DNA from: Nitrospirota bacterium
GTDB lineage: Bacteria > JACPQY01
Assembly: GCA_016180645.1 (NCBI GenBank)
Contig: JACPAV010000008.1
Span: 1-64,000, forward strand
Direction: 5' to 3'
DNA length: 64,000 bases
Part shown: piece after piece, positions 49,652 to 61,013 of the stretch
Numbering within the stretch: the stretch's first letter is position 1
How the letters are laid out: each line of letters opens with the position of its first letter
Notes under the pieces: generated by a model
The model's input: only the letters and a program-made list of their open reading frames with translations
Told to the model about the DNA's origin: nothing
The model's database searches: none
Program-made: the position numbers and the translations under genes

Positions 49652-50571
49652 GCGGACTCGCCCTTGTAGATGCGCATGACCGTGTCGAGCAGCTTGATCG
49701 CGTCGGCCTTCTTTCGCTGGAAGGAATTGCGACCAATGATCGAACCGAAACCACCGCCCGCATGGATGGCCCGCACCTCATTGAACACGTGCTCATCCGT
49801 TTCCGCGGGGCCTCCCGAGAAGATGACGATCCGCCGGCCGCCGAACGCGCATTGCACGACGTGCCGGATGCGGTCCACCGGCTGCTCGACAGGGATCTTC
49901 TCTTTTTCGTAGACCTTCTTCGCCGCCGCCTGCTCAATGTGGCTCGCGGGAAACTTCACTTTGACAATGTGTGCCCCAAGCTGGCAGGCGATCTGAGCCG
50001 CGTAGCCGCACACATCGATGGCCGTCTCTCCTTCCTTCGTCAGGCCCGTCCCCCGGGGATAGGACCAGACCACCACGGCGAGACCGTTGCGCTTCGCTTC
50101 TTCGGCAATGGCCTGAACGTGCTCATACATGCTGAGACTCTTGTTCGAAGCCGGGTAGATTGTCAGTCCCACCGCGGCGCACCCCAGCCGGAGGGCGGCC
50201 TCCACGCAACCGGTCATCGCCTGATCCGGGTCTTTGTCCTCATGGAGAGAATCCTTGTTGTTGGCCTTGAGGATCAACGGGAGATCGCCCGCAAATTCCC
50301 GAGCGCCCGCCTCCATGAAGCCGAGCGGAGCGGCATAGGCATTACAGCCCGCATCGAGAGCGAGTTGAAAGTGATACCTCGGATCGTATCCGGGAGCATT
50401 GGGGGCGAAACTGCGCGCCGGTCCGTGTTCGAATCCCTGGTCCACCGGGAGGATGACCAGCTTGCCCGTGCCCCCGAGCTTCCCGTGATTCAAAAGCCGG
50501 GCCAGATTGGTCAGCGTCCCCGGATTGTCGCTGCCATACCAACTCAATATTTCGCGTACGCGATCCTTCAT
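49648..50571 (-). CDS. fbaB: Class I fructose-bisphosphate aldolase
   Basis: LVILPVDQGFEHGP, WSYPRG, AHIVKVK, GSIIGRNSFQR. Confidence 0.92.
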   Translation of the reverse strand: MKDRVREILSWYGSDNPGTLTNLARLLNHGKLGGTGKLVILPVDQGFEHGPARSFAPNAPGYDPRYHFQLALDAGCNAYAAPLGFMEAGAREFAGDLPLILKANNKDSLHEDKDPDQAMTGCVEAALRLGCAAVGLTIYPASNKSLSMYEHVQAIAEEAKRNGLAVVVWSYPRGTGLTKEGETAIDVCGYAAQIACQLGAHIVKVKFPASHIEQAAAKKVYEKEKIPVEQPVDRIRHVVQCAFGGRRIVIFSGGPAETDEHVFNEVRAIHAGGGFGSIIGRNSFQRKKADAIKLLDTVMRIYKGESA

Positions 50572-50584
50572 GGTCTCGCCTCCT

Positions 50585-51589
50585 TTATTGCGCCTTTCCG
50601 TTTTGTGAAAACTTGCCAAACAAAGCCACGTCCTCCGCGCTCCCGATCACCAGGGGCACGCGCTGATGGGCCGACTCCGCGCGCAGGTCGAGGATTCGTT
50701 GGTCCCCCGTCGTGGCCTTTCCGCCGGCCTGCTCCGCCACCATCGCCAGCGGCGCACATTCATAGAGAAGCCGCAGTTTTCCACTCTTGTTCTTCGCGTC
50801 CGCGGGGTAGAAGTAGATGCCCCCTTCGAGGAGAATGCGGTGGAGATCTCCTACCAGCGCCCCGGAATACCGGAGCGAGTACGGCCTCTTCGTAGCCGGA
50901 TCCTTTTCCGTGATGTAGTCCACAAACTGCCTGGTGCTGCCGTCCCACGCCCTGTGATTTCCCACATTCGCACTGTAGTACTTTCCTTTCGCCGGGCATC
51001 GAATGTCCGGATGTGTCAAAACAAATTCGCCCACATCGCCATCCAGGGTGAAGCCGTGCACTCCATGCCCAAGGGTCAATACCAGAAGGGTGCTCGTGCC
51101 GTACATGACATACCCCGCCGCTACTTGCTCCGAACCCTTCCGCAAAATGTCCTGCGAGGGATCGAGTGGACCCGCCGACTTCGTGCCATAGATCCCGAAG
51201 ATCGTGCCGACGGACCCGTTGATGTCGGTGTTGGATGAACCGTCGAAGGGATCCGCGCATACAATGAATTGCGCCTCAGCCGCATCGGACAAGACCTGGA
51301 TTTCATCCATTTCTTCGGAAACGAATGCGGCCACTCCGGGAGCGCCTCGGAGGGCTTTGAGTACGATATCGTTGCTGTACACATCCATCTTCTTCTGCTC
51401 GTCCCCGGTGATGTTCGCCTCGCCGGCCGACCCGGTACGATTGTGCAACGCGATTCGGGCCGTCTCCCGCGCGATCACCTTCGAGGCGAGGGCCAATTGG
51501 GACACGATTCCGGCCAGCGCCCCCGGAACCGCGGGATGCGCACGGACCTCCTCCGCAAAGAAGTGCGCGAGTGTTTTCCGAGTCATCAT
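50585..51589 (-). CDS. fbp: Class 1 fructose-1,6-bisphosphatase
   Basis: GDEQKKMD, SEE, DPFDGSSN, SVGTIFGI, LRYSGALVGD, GKLRLLYE. Confidence 0.93.
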   Translation of the reverse strand: MMTRKTLAHFFAEEVRAHPAVPGALAGIVSQLALASKVIARETARIALHNRTGSAGEANITGDEQKKMDVYSNDIVLKALRGAPGVAAFVSEEMDEIQVLSDAAEAQFIVCADPFDGSSNTDINGSVGTIFGIYGTKSAGPLDPSQDILRKGSEQVAAGYVMYGTSTLLVLTLGHGVHGFTLDGDVGEFVLTHPDIRCPAKGKYYSANVGNHRAWDGSTRQFVDYITEKDPATKRPYSLRYSGALVGDLHRILLEGGIYFYPADAKNKSGKLRLLYECAPLAMVAEQAGGKATTGDQRILDLRAESAHQRVPLVIGSAEDVALFGKFSQNGKAQ

Positions 51590-51603
51590 TGTCTTGTCCT
51601 TCG

Positions 51604-52632
51604 TCAGACGCCCAGCCAGGCGCATCGAGCGGCGCCCAGCAGGGCTGCTCGGTCGTTCAAGATGACACGGACCGGCATGTCCTGCAAGAGTGTCCGCATG
51701 CGCCCCTTGGCGGTGAACGCGGCCATGAAAGCAGAACTTTTCATTTTTTCAATGATTTTCGGCGCGATTCCGCCGCCCACACATACGCCTCCTACGGCCA
51801 TCACCTTGAGCGCGAGATTTCCCGCTTCGGCGCCGTAAAGCTCGACAAACAGATCGAGCGCGCGGACACACAGATCCGACCGGGCGGCGAGTGCCGCCTT
51901 CGAGATCGCGACCGAGGGATCTCCCTTGGCCAGATCCTCCTTGAGCCACGAAGGTTCGTCCCCCCGCCCCGCGTCCCGCAAATAGCGATAGATGTTGTGG
52001 AGGCCGGGGCCGGATAGCACTCGCTCCCAGCTCACGTGACCCTGCCCCTTCGACAGAAACGTCCAAAGACCGACCTGAAGTTCGTTGGCGGGCGCAAAAT
52101 CGGAATGGCCGCCTTCACATGCGAAGGGACGATGCAGCGTGCCGTCCCAAAAGAGGCCCGCCTCGCCGAGTCCCGTTCCCGCCGATATGACCGCCATATT
52201 GCCCGTGGCGCCTGCCTTTCCGATATTGAGAATTTCGAAATCAGCCGGTTCCAGCGCCCCGGTCCCATAGGCGTTGGCCTCCAAATCGTTGATCAGCCGA
52301 ACGTGCGGAAGACGGAGCTCCGATGCGAGCCGTTTGGCATCCACCACCCATGGCAGATTGGTGGCCTCGCACCGACCATCCCGAATGGGACCCGCGATCC
52401 CGATGCATGCGCGGTCGAAGCGCAGGCGACGTGAGGACTTAAATGCGGTGACGATCGCATCCAGTCCCGGATGATCACGGCTGGGAACAACTTGCTCGGC
52501 CACGGCCGACCAGCGGCGACCATCCGTATCGTAGCAGGCTAGGCGGGTGTTTGTACCCCCGACATCACCGGCGAGGATGCGGAGGGCTTTCGCGGTGGGC
52601 TTTGATCCGCGGCGCTTGGTGCGGACCCTCAC
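51604..52632 (-). CDS. glk: Glucokinase
   Basis: LAGDVGGTNTR, TNLPW, INDLEA, AGTGLGEA, EGGHSDFAP, GGGIAPK; start uncertain. Confidence 0.92.
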   Translation of the reverse strand: MRVRTKRRGSKPTAKALRILAGDVGGTNTRLACYDTDGRRWSAVAEQVVPSRDHPGLDAIVTAFKSSRRLRFDRACIGIAGPIRDGRCEATNLPWVVDAKRLASELRLPHVRLINDLEANAYGTGALEPADFEILNIGKAGATGNMAVISAGTGLGEAGLFWDGTLHRPFACEGGHSDFAPANELQVGLWTFLSKGQGHVSWERVLSGPGLHNIYRYLRDAGRGDEPSWLKEDLAKGDPSVAISKAALAARSDLCVRALDLFVELYGAEAGNLALKVMAVGGVCVGGGIAPKIIEKMKSSAFMAAFTAKGRMRTLLQDMPVRVILNDRAALLGAARCAWLGV

Positions 52633-52701
52633 CCCCTCCCTCTCCCCTTTCCAGCCTTCGCAGCCGAAGCTGCTTCGGCGGAGTAGGCCAGGGCGAGGGG
52701 G
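52626..52701. repeat. CCCTCACCC...CCCTCTCCC/GGGCGAGGG palindromic element with nested hairpin
   Basis: Outer arms CCCTCTCCC and GGGCGAGGG; inner GCCGAAGCTGCTTCGGC hairpin. Confidence 0.55.
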
Positions 52702-52729
52702 AATGATTTCCGTTCGCCCGATTGGAACC

Positions 52730-54274
52730 TCACTTGCCGCCGCTGTCCTCGATCATCCGCCACTGCCGGCCATCCCGTCTCAGCAATTCATCCGCTTCCT
52801 TCGGCCCCCACGTCCCGCAGGGATAGTTCGGGAACTGCCGCGCCGGCAGCGCCTTCCAGACATCGAGGACGGGCGAGACGACCGTCCAGCCCGCATCCAC
52901 CATGTCTCCGCGCTGGAAGAGCGTGGCATCGCCGATCATGCAATCATAGAGAAGAGTCTCGTAGCCCGTCGTGGGCGCCGCTCCGAAGTAGTCGGCGTAC
53001 CGGAAGTCCATGTTGACCGGACCCATGCGCATCTGTGGCCCCGGGATTTTGGCTTCGAACCGCAGGGAGATGCCTTCGTCCGGCTGGATATGGACCACGA
53101 GCAGGTTGGGCTCGACGAGTTCGACGGGCGTGTCCCGAAACAAGACGTACGGGACCCGTTTGAAGTGAATGGCAATCTCGCTGATGCGTTTGGGCAGACG
53201 CTTCCCTGTTCGCAGGTAGAAGGGAACGCCCGCCCACCGCCAATTCTCGACGAAGAGTTTCAGGGCCACAAACGTCTCGGTGTGCGATTGGGGCGAGACG
53301 TGAGGCTCCGAGCGATAGCCGGGGAGTTTCCTGTCGCCGATCATGCCGTCTCCGTATTGCCCCCTTACGCTGCTTGTCAGGATGTCTTCGGGGGCAAGTG
53401 GATGGATCGACCGAAGAATTTTCACTTTCTCATCCCGCACGGCATCAGCCTCGAAGGAGATCGGCGCCTCCATGGCGGTGAGGGCCAGAAGCTGAAAGAG
53501 GTGGTTGGGAACCATGTCCCGCAATGCGCCCGCTTCCTCGTAATATCCGCCGCGTTGCTCGACGCCCACGGTCTCCGCGACGGTGATTTGGACGTGATCG
53601 ACGAAGTTCCGATTCCACACGGGCTCGTGAATTCCGTTGGCAAACCGGAAGAGAAGCATATTTTGGACCGTTTCCTTTCCCAGGTAGTGGTCGATCCGGT
53701 AGATCTGCTGTTCGTCGAGGACTTTTGTGAGTTCGCGGTTCAGCGCCCGCGCGGAATCGAGATCCCGGCCGAACGGTTTTTCGAAGACCACCCTTCGCCA
53801 CCGGCTGTTGTCTTCGCGCACCAGGCCCGCGTCGCCCAGTTGGCGGACGATTTCTCCGAAGAAGACCGGAGGCGTGGCCATGTAAAACAGTTGATGACCG
53901 TGCGTGCCGTGTTCCTTCTCGGCCTGAGTCAGAACCTCGCCAAGCTTCTTGTACAGCGCCGGATCCTTGAACTCCCCAGGGACGTAATAGATCCGGCGAT
54001 CAAACCATTCCCACATGGCGCCGTCCACGGCGGAGGTGGCGTACTCCCGGATATCCCGATCCATTCGTTTCCGGAATTCTTCCGTTGTCATCGGTTCGCG
54101 GGCGACGGCGATCATCGCGAAATCCCGGGACAGGAGATCGCTCTTTACGAGATTGACGAGGGCCGGCACGAGCTTCCTCTTGGTCAGATCTCCCGCGCCG
54201 CCGAAGATCACAACCGTGCAAGGGTCTCCCGGCCTCTGCGTCCCTTGCGTTGGGGTCAGGTCTTTCGTTACCAT
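52730..54274 (-). CDS. zwf: Glucose-6-phosphate dehydrogenase
   Basis: [31 protein letters not shown]. Confidence 0.96.
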   Translation of the reverse strand: MVTKDLTPTQGTQRPGDPCTVVIFGGAGDLTKRKLVPALVNLVKSDLLSRDFAMIAVAREPMTTEEFRKRMDRDIREYATSAVDGAMWEWFDRRIYYVPGEFKDPALYKKLGEVLTQAEKEHGTHGHQLFYMATPPVFFGEIVRQLGDAGLVREDNSRWRRVVFEKPFGRDLDSARALNRELTKVLDEQQIYRIDHYLGKETVQNMLLFRFANGIHEPVWNRNFVDHVQITVAETVGVEQRGGYYEEAGALRDMVPNHLFQLLALTAMEAPISFEADAVRDEKVKILRSIHPLAPEDILTSSVRGQYGDGMIGDRKLPGYRSEPHVSPQSHTETFVALKLFVENWRWAGVPFYLRTGKRLPKRISEIAIHFKRVPYVLFRDTPVELVEPNLLVVHIQPDEGISLRFEAKIPGPQMRMGPVNMDFRYADYFGAAPTTGYETLLYDCMIGDATLFQRGDMVDAGWTVVSPVLDVWKALPARQFPNYPCGTWGPKEADELLRRDGRQWRMIEDSGGK

Positions 54275-54296
54275 ATTTCCCTCTCCCTCTCCGCCT

Positions 54297-55280
54297 TCAT
54301 CCTCCCGTAGGCCGTTCCACATGCCCCCCGAACTTCTGCCGCATGGCGGAGAGGATCTTCTCCGCAAACGTGTGCTCCTGCCTTGAACGGAACCGGGCGT
54401 AAAGCGAGGCCGAAAGAACATCGGCCGGCACCGCCTCCTCGATGGCCGCCTGGATCGTCCACCGGCCCTCCCCGGAGTCTTGAACGAATCCCGTGTAGTT
54501 GGAGAGGCTCTGGTTTTCCACGAGGGCCATCGCCGCCAGGTCGAGAAGCCACGAGCCGACCACGCTTCCCCGCCGCCACAGCTCCGCTATGTCCGCGATG
54601 TCCAGATCGTATCGGCAATCTTCCGCCACCTCTTTGGCGTTGGCATTCCGCAGAATATCGAATCCCTCGGCGTAGGCCTGCATCAGACCGTACTCAATCC
54701 CGTTGTGAATCATCTTCACAAAATGGCCCGCCCCCGCAGGCCCGCAGTGGAGGTAGCCATCCTCCGCGGTTCCCGACTTCTTCTCGCGACCCGGCGTTCG
54801 CGGCGTATCGCCTTTTCCAGGGGCCAGCGTCTTCAGGATTGGCGTGATCGTATCGACCGCATTCTTCGGACCGCCGATCATCATGCAGTAGCCCCTCTCC
54901 AAACCCCAGACGCCTCCACTGGTTCCCACGTCCACGTAGGAAATCCCCTTGGGCTCAAGCGTTTTCGACCGGCGAACGTCGTCTTTGAAATACGAATTGC
55001 CGCCGTCAATGATGACGTCCCCCTTTCCCATGCCTTTGGCGAGCGCCGATACGGTTTCTTCGGTCGGCTTCCCCGCCGGCACCATGACCCAGGCGACCTT
55101 TGGCTTGCCAAGTTTGGAAGTGAAATCGTCGAGGGACGCCGCCCCAGTCGCTCCCTCTTTGGCCATCGCCTTCACATTGTCCGCGCTCAGGTCAAAGACA
55201 ACGCATTCATGCTTGCCTCGAAGGAGGCGCCGAACCATGTTGGCCCCCATCCGGCCGAGGCCGACCATTCCCATCTTCAT
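54297..55280 (-). CDS. gnd: Decarboxylating 6-phosphogluconate dehydrogenase (short form)
   Basis: [40 protein letters not shown]. Confidence 0.95.
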   Translation of the reverse strand: MKMGMVGLGRMGANMVRRLLRGKHECVVFDLSADNVKAMAKEGATGAASLDDFTSKLGKPKVAWVMVPAGKPTEETVSALAKGMGKGDVIIDGGNSYFKDDVRRSKTLEPKGISYVDVGTSGGVWGLERGYCMMIGGPKNAVDTITPILKTLAPGKGDTPRTPGREKKSGTAEDGYLHCGPAGAGHFVKMIHNGIEYGLMQAYAEGFDILRNANAKEVAEDCRYDLDIADIAELWRRGSVVGSWLLDLAAMALVENQSLSNYTGFVQDSGEGRWTIQAAIEEAVPADVLSASLYARFRSRQEHTFAEKILSAMRQKFGGHVERPTGG

Positions 55281-55299
55281 ACGTTCCTCCCTTTCGATA

Positions 55300-58155
55300 C
55301 TACCGCAGAGCCTCGCGAATGACTTTCCCCAACAAAGCCAAGCCCGACTCCACATCTTTTCCCAAGTGGACCCGAAGCGCCCGCCGCTCGCGCTCCGCCA
55401 GGACCTCGAAATCGCCCCGGGCCTGGGCGGCTTTCACGACGCCGAACGTGTAGTTCTGCCCCGGTACGGGCAGATCTGCCGCATCGTCGCATGTAACTTG
55501 TAGGAACACCCCGCTGTTGGGTCCACCCTTATAGGCCTGACCCGTTGAATGCAGAAAGCGAGGACCGAAGCCCAGACAGGTGGCCACCCGTTTCGAATCC
55601 CGCACTGCGTGGCGGATCGAATGCAAAGTGCGTTCGTGCGCCTCCGTCATTTCGACGTAGGCCAGGAGCGCGAAGTAGTCCCCCGCACCCAGTCGGTCAA
55701 GATGCGACTTCAAATACACGGAAAGCGTACGCGATTTTCCCACCCCACGATTGAGTGCCGCGGCATTCATTGCGTCCGCGTACAGTGCCAGCCCATCCGA
55801 TCTAAACAGGGGTGTTTCCCCGGGCAGGGTGCCTGACTTCTCATATTCTGACGTCAAGCGACGCGTGGCGATCTTGCTCGCCTCCACATCCGGTTGGTTG
55901 AACGGATGGATTCCCAGGATCGAGCCGGCTACGGCGGTGGCGATTTCCCATCGAAAGAATTCCTGCCCGATTTCGTACGGATCGGCCATGTGGATCCGCA
56001 CGACCGGGTGGCCCGCTTTTTCCAAAGCGTCCACGGCCACATCCTGTTTCGGGTCGGGTGCCGAATCGAGCCGCATATGGACGAACACGCGATCCTGGCC
56101 GTAGGCCGAGGGCGGTCCCGGCTCCTCGATGTCGATCGGGATGAGTCCTTTGCCGGATTTCCCGGTCGATTCCGCCAGCAGTTGTTCCAACCAAGCGCCC
56201 AAGGCCGCCACGGCCGGCGACGCGATGAGTGTCACCTTGTCTTTCCCCTGGCGCACCGCTTCACCGAGAACGATTCCCAGCGCCACGCCGGGATTGCTTT
56301 CAGGCGGCACGCACGAAGCGCACGAATGAACCATCTCCTCGGCCCGATCGAGAACTTTCGATACATCCAGACCCATGATCGCCGCCGGGACCATGCCGAA
56401 ATCGGACAACACGGAATAGCGCCCACCGATGCTCGCCCTTCCGAAAAAGACATGGCCGAATCCATCGCCTTCCGCCACCGCCTGCATCTTGGATCCCGGG
56501 TCCGTAATGGCGATGAATCGACGACCTGCATCCTTCTCGCCCAACGCTTTCCTGGCCTTTTCGAAGAAGTATTGCTTGAAGATATTTGGTTCCAGCGTGC
56601 TGCCGGACTTGCTGGAGACGATGAAGAGGGTCTTGGATAGATCGATCCGCCCCTCGAAGGAGGCGATTTGCGCAGGGTCCGTCGAATCGAGAACGAGCAA
56701 CTCCGGAAATCCTGCGATCCGTCCAAACGTCTTTTTCAGCACCTCTGGACCGAGACTCGACCCCCCCATCCCCAGGAGGAGCGCGTGCAAATAGCCTGCT
56801 GTTCGGACCTCGTCGGACAACCGCTTCAGAGGGTCCAAATGTGCGAGCTGGTCGTCGGTGATGCCGAGCCATCCCATCCAGTTCGATTCATCGGATCTTG
56901 TCCAGAGGCCCGTATCGCGCGCCCAAAGACGGCGGATCTTCCCTCCCTTGCGCCAATCCTCCACGGTCGTTTTCACGGCCTTGTCCAAATCGGGGGGCAG
57001 CGTAAAGGTCTGACGATCCAGGCGCGGTCCCAACACGATCTCGCGTTTTTTCTCAACCGCCGCCAGCAGCTTGTCGAAGGCGTCCGAAAACAGCGTGACG
57101 GCTTCATCCAAAAGCTTGTCGGTCACGCGGTCCATCGAGATGCCGACCTGCTCAAGGATTTCCATCGAGTCGTGGGCCTCTTCCAGATGCTCCTCCAAAC
57201 TCGCCCTCGGCCGGCCGTGCTCGCGATAGGCATCCAGCGTGGCGCCGGGAACCGTGTTCACCGTGTCCGGCCCGATCAGTTCCTCGATGTAGAGTACATC
57301 CCGATACGTGGGGTTCTTCGTTCCCGTGCTGGCCCAGAGGAGGCGCTGCGTCTTGGCGTCCTTGGCCGCGAGCGCCTGCCACCGCTTTGACCGAACGAAC
57401 TCCTTGTAGCGCTGATAGGTCAGCTTGGCATTCGCGATGGCCGTTTTGCCGAGGAGGCTTTTCAGAAGCGACCGGTCGACTGCCCGGATCTCCCCCTTGA
57501 GCCGCGCCTCGATCTGACCATCCACCGCGGAGTCGATCCGGCTGATGAAGAAACTGGCAACGCTGCACACCGAGCCGATTTCGCCGCCCGCGGCCAGTCG
57601 TTTCTCCAGACCTTCCATGAAGGCTTCCGAAACTCGCTCATACATCGCCCGGGCGAAGAGGAGCGTGACGTTGACGTTGATGCCTTCGCTGATGATCTGA
57701 ACGATGGCGGGAATCCCCTCCGGGGTCGCCGGGACTTTGATCATGACATTGTCACGCCCCACGGCATTCCAGAGCCGGCGCGCTTCCTCGACCGTGGCCT
57801 GGGAATCGCGGGCCAGGTACGGAGAGACTTCAAGGCTGACATACCCGTCTCGCTTGGCCGTTTTCTCATAGACGGGCCACAGCACATCGGCGGCATCCTG
57901 GATATCCTTCACGGCCAGTTCCTCGAAGAGGGATTTGGCGTCCAAGTCTTTTCGGCGTTCGACCGCCTTGAGCGCGTTGTTGTAGTCCGGGCTTCCCGAG
58001 ATCGCTTTTTCAAAAATGGCAGGATTGGACGTCACACCTCGGAGTCCATCCTTCTCGACCAGTTGATGGAGTTCGCCGCTGGTGATCAAGCCGCGCCGGA
58101 TGGAGTCGAGCCAGATGGACTGTCCGAGTTCCTGCGTGGCCAGAAGGGGATTCAC
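55300..58155 (-). CDS. Bifunctional transaldolase/phosphoglucose isomerase
   Basis: [23 protein letters not shown]; then [28 protein letters not shown]. Confidence 0.93.
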   Translation of the reverse strand: MNPLLATQELGQSIWLDSIRRGLITSGELHQLVEKDGLRGVTSNPAIFEKAISGSPDYNNALKAVERRKDLDAKSLFEELAVKDIQDAADVLWPVYEKTAKRDGYVSLEVSPYLARDSQATVEEARRLWNAVGRDNVMIKVPATPEGIPAIVQIISEGINVNVTLLFARAMYERVSEAFMEGLEKRLAAGGEIGSVCSVASFFISRIDSAVDGQIEARLKGEIRAVDRSLLKSLLGKTAIANAKLTYQRYKEFVRSKRWQALAAKDAKTQRLLWASTGTKNPTYRDVLYIEELIGPDTVNTVPGATLDAYREHGRPRASLEEHLEEAHDSMEILEQVGISMDRVTDKLLDEAVTLFSDAFDKLLAAVEKKREIVLGPRLDRQTFTLPPDLDKAVKTTVEDWRKGGKIRRLWARDTGLWTRSDESNWMGWLGITDDQLAHLDPLKRLSDEVRTAGYLHALLLGMGGSSLGPEVLKKTFGRIAGFPELLVLDSTDPAQIASFEGRIDLSKTLFIVSSKSGSTLEPNIFKQYFFEKARKALGEKDAGRRFIAITDPGSKMQAVAEGDGFGHVFFGRASIGGRYSVLSDFGMVPAAIMGLDVSKVLDRAEEMVHSCASCVPPESNPGVALGIVLGEAVRQGKDKVTLIASPAVAALGAWLEQLLAESTGKSGKGLIPIDIEEPGPPSAYGQDRVFVHMRLDSAPDPKQDVAVDALEKAGHPVVRIHMADPYEIGQEFFRWEIATAVAGSILGIHPFNQPDVEASKIATRRLTSEYEKSGTLPGETPLFRSDGLALYADAMNAAALNRGVGKSRTLSVYLKSHLDRLGAGDYFALLAYVEMTEAHERTLHSIRHAVRDSKRVATCLGFGPRFLHSTGQAYKGGPNSGVFLQVTCDDAADLPVPGQNYTFGVVKAAQARGDFEVLAERERRALRVHLGKDVESGLALLGKVIREALR

Positions 58156-58211
58156 CCCGCCACCTCCATCCATCGAAGAACACCGTGGCGGGCGCAACCC
58201 GGGTACATGCT

Positions 58212-58742
58212 TCAGCGGTGGGATCGGACTCGGCGTGCGGGGGGCGTCCGTTTGGCGGGGGAAGCGGCCGGAGGCCGGACGGGTTCTCCTTGTCTCGAAT
58301 ATTTCTTTTCGAGAGTGTTTACCTTGTTCAGGCGACGCACATGCCGCTCCACGGTACTGAACTCCGTGCTCAAGAACGCGGTGACGAGTTCGCGCGCAAC
58401 CTCACGGCCGATGACCCGTGCTCCCAGGACGAGTACATTCATCGCGTCGTGCGACACGCCCTGCTTGGCCGAATAGGTATCGTGACACAATCCGGCCCGG
58501 ATCCCCGGGAGTTTGTTCGCCGCCACGGAGGCGCCGACCCCGCTCCCGCAGATCACGATCCCTCGATCGGCCTTTCCTTCCCGGATGGCCACTCCGACTT
58601 TCTCCGCGTAGTCGGGATAGTCGGCCGGCTCCGCGCTGTAGGTGCCGACGTCGGCCACCGGATGCTGAAGCTCGCGCAGGACGGCTACGACGAACTGCTT
58701 CAGTTCGAATCCCGCATGATCCGATCCGATGACCACGCGCAT
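58212..58742 (-). CDS. rpiB: Ribose-5-phosphate isomerase B
   Basis: [33 protein letters not shown]. Confidence 0.94.
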   Translation of the reverse strand: MRVVIGSDHAGFELKQFVVAVLRELQHPVADVGTYSAEPADYPDYAEKVGVAIREGKADRGIVICGSGVGASVAANKLPGIRAGLCHDTYSAKQGVSHDAMNVLVLGARVIGREVARELVTAFLSTEFSTVERHVRRLNKVNTLEKKYSRQGEPVRPPAASPAKRTPPARRVRSHR

Positions 58743-58855
58743 CAATTCCTCCGTTGGTTACTCATGGGACGCATCAAGGAGCGGGGATCTTACTTCTTTG
58801 CCGCGGCGAATTCGAGTACTCGTTTGTTCCGAAGTTTCATCACACCCCAAGCGTC

Positions 58856-60916
58856 CTATCCCTTGAGGGACAGCTGTGCCCTCGCTCCGTCCACGACCCT
58901 ATCCACGGTGAAGCCGAACTTGGATTGAAGCTCCTTGAGGGGCGCCGAGGCGCCGAAGGAGCGCATGCCGATGACGGCGCCGGTCAAGCCCACGTACCGC
59001 TCCCAACCGAAGGTCGCGGCCTGCTCCACCGCCACCCGCGCTTTCACGTCAGGCGGAAGGACGCCGTCCCGATAGGACACGGTTTGTTGTTCAAACAGTT
59101 CCCAGCAGGGCATGCTGACCACGCGGGATCGCACTCCCGTCTTCGCGAGCTTTTCATGCGCCTCTATGCAGAGGTTGACTTCGCTTCCGCTGCCCATGAG
59201 GATCACGTCCGGCTTGCCGTTCGGCGCGTCGGCGAGCACATAGGCGCCCTTCGTAAGTCCGGAGGCCGACGCGAATTTCGAGCGATCCAGCGTGGGGATT
59301 GCCTGGCGGCTGAGGACGAGCGCCGCCGGCTCATGTTGAAGTTGCATGATCACTTTCCAGGCTTCGACCGTTTCATTGGCGTCCGCCGGGCGGAACGTGA
59401 GTAGGCCCGGTATCGCGCGAAGAGAAGCCAACTGTTCAATCGGCTGATGGGTGGGACCGTCCTCACCAACCCCAATCGAATCGTGTGTGAAAATGTATAT
59501 CACGGGAATTTCCATGATCGCCGCGAGGCGGATCGCGGGACGAGAGTAATCGCTGAAGATGAGAAAGCCCGACCCAAAGGGTCGCACTTTGGAGAGCGAA
59601 AGCCCGTTCAGCACGGCCCCCATCGCGTGCTCACGCACGCCGAAATGGAAATTCCTCCCGCCGGGCGTCGAGGCGGTCGAATCCCCCGCCCCGTCGAACG
59701 TCAGTCGCGTTTTGGTGGAAGGAGCGAGGTCGGCCGAGCCCCCGATCAGCCATGGAATCTCCTTCGCGAGAGCATTCAGGATTTTGGCTGAAGCTTCGCG
59801 TCCCGCAACGCCCTTCACGTCGGGGGCAAACGTCGGAAGATCTTTGTCCCATCCGGCCGGGAGCGCACGTTTCTGCATGTTCAACAAGCTCTCGGCGAAG
59901 TCCGGAAACTTCAACCGGTAGGACTCGAAACGCTCCATCCATTCTTTGCGAAGACGCGAGCCCCGTTCCCCGATCCCCTTGCCGAAGTGTCCGCGTACCC
60001 CGTCCGGCACCAGGAATTTCGCATCCTCCGGCCAGCCGTAGTTCTTCTTCGCCGCCCGGATTTCGTCTTCCCCCAGCGGTTCCCCGTGCGCCGCGCTGGT
60101 GTCCTGTTTGTGGGGCGCGCCATACGCAATGTGACTATCGACGATCACCAGTGTGGGCCGGTCGTTTGTGGCTTTGAACGTACGAAAAGCCCTCTCCAGC
60201 ATGTCCAGATCGTTCGCGTCCCCAACCCGCGTCACGTTCCATCCATAGCCGATGAATCGCGTGGCCACGTCCTCGCTGAAGGCCCAGTCCGTGTGCCCTT
60301 CGATGGTGATCCGGTTGTTGTCGTAGATCCAGCAGAGATTCGACAAACGTAGGTGACCGGCCAACGAGGCCGCTTCGGAGGAGACGCCCTCCATCATGCA
60401 ACCGTCCCCGCAGAGCGCATAGACGCTGTAGTTGAACATTTCGAGATCGGGACGATTGAAGGTCGTCCCCAACCATCGTCCCGCGATCGCCATGCCGACG
60501 CTCGTGGCGACGCCCTGTCCCAATGGGCCGGTGGTGGTCTCCACACCGGAGGTCCAGTGATACTCGGGATGGCCGGGACACCTGCTGTCAAGTTGTCTGA
60601 ACCGCTTGATGTCGTCCAGTCCCACCGACGGCTCGCCCAGACGCTCATATTTCGCATTGACGGCTTTCACACCCGCGAGGTGCAACAGCGAGTAAAGCAG
60701 CATCGAGGCGTGCCCCATCGAGAGGACGAATCGATCCCGGTTCGGCCAGATCGGATCTTCCGGATCGAAGCGAAGAAACCGCTGCCAAAGGCAATACGCC
60801 ACCGGCGCCATGGCCATCGGCGTTCCGGGGTGGCCGGAGTTGGCCTGCTGAACGGCGTCCATGGCCAGCGTTCGAATGGTATTGATGCAGAGTGAGTCCA
60901 GTGACTTATCGTCCAC
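58856..60916 (-). CDS. tkt: Transketolase
   Basis: SGHPGTPM, RDRFVLSMGH, TTGPLGQG, GDGCMMEG, THDSIGVGEDGPTHQP. Confidence 0.97.
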   Translation of the reverse strand: MDDKSLDSLCINTIRTLAMDAVQQANSGHPGTPMAMAPVAYCLWQRFLRFDPEDPIWPNRDRFVLSMGHASMLLYSLLHLAGVKAVNAKYERLGEPSVGLDDIKRFRQLDSRCPGHPEYHWTSGVETTTGPLGQGVATSVGMAIAGRWLGTTFNRPDLEMFNYSVYALCGDGCMMEGVSSEAASLAGHLRLSNLCWIYDNNRITIEGHTDWAFSEDVATRFIGYGWNVTRVGDANDLDMLERAFRTFKATNDRPTLVIVDSHIAYGAPHKQDTSAAHGEPLGEDEIRAAKKNYGWPEDAKFLVPDGVRGHFGKGIGERGSRLRKEWMERFESYRLKFPDFAESLLNMQKRALPAGWDKDLPTFAPDVKGVAGREASAKILNALAKEIPWLIGGSADLAPSTKTRLTFDGAGDSTASTPGGRNFHFGVREHAMGAVLNGLSLSKVRPFGSGFLIFSDYSRPAIRLAAIMEIPVIYIFTHDSIGVGEDGPTHQPIEQLASLRAIPGLLTFRPADANETVEAWKVIMQLQHEPAALVLSRQAIPTLDRSKFASASGLTKGAYVLADAPNGKPDVILMGSGSEVNLCIEAHEKLAKTGVRSRVVSMPCWELFEQQTVSYRDGVLPPDVKARVAVEQAATFGWERYVGLTGAVIGMRSFGASAPLKELQSKFGFTVDRVVDGARAQLSLKG

Positions 60917-60954
60917 GAGTCCTCCCTTGAAGCATTGAGCGGCTAGCAGAACGA

Positions 60955-61013
60955 GTAGGGGAGGGTCTTCAGACCCTCCCGACAGGACGGAGCATCTAAA
61001 GATGCGCCCCTAC
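60955..61013. repeat. GTAG-REP doublet, family 1; supplies the stop of the debranching gene
   Basis: GTAGGGGAGGGTCTTCAGACCCTCCC...GGAGCATCTAAAGATGCGCCCCTAC. Confidence 0.85.
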
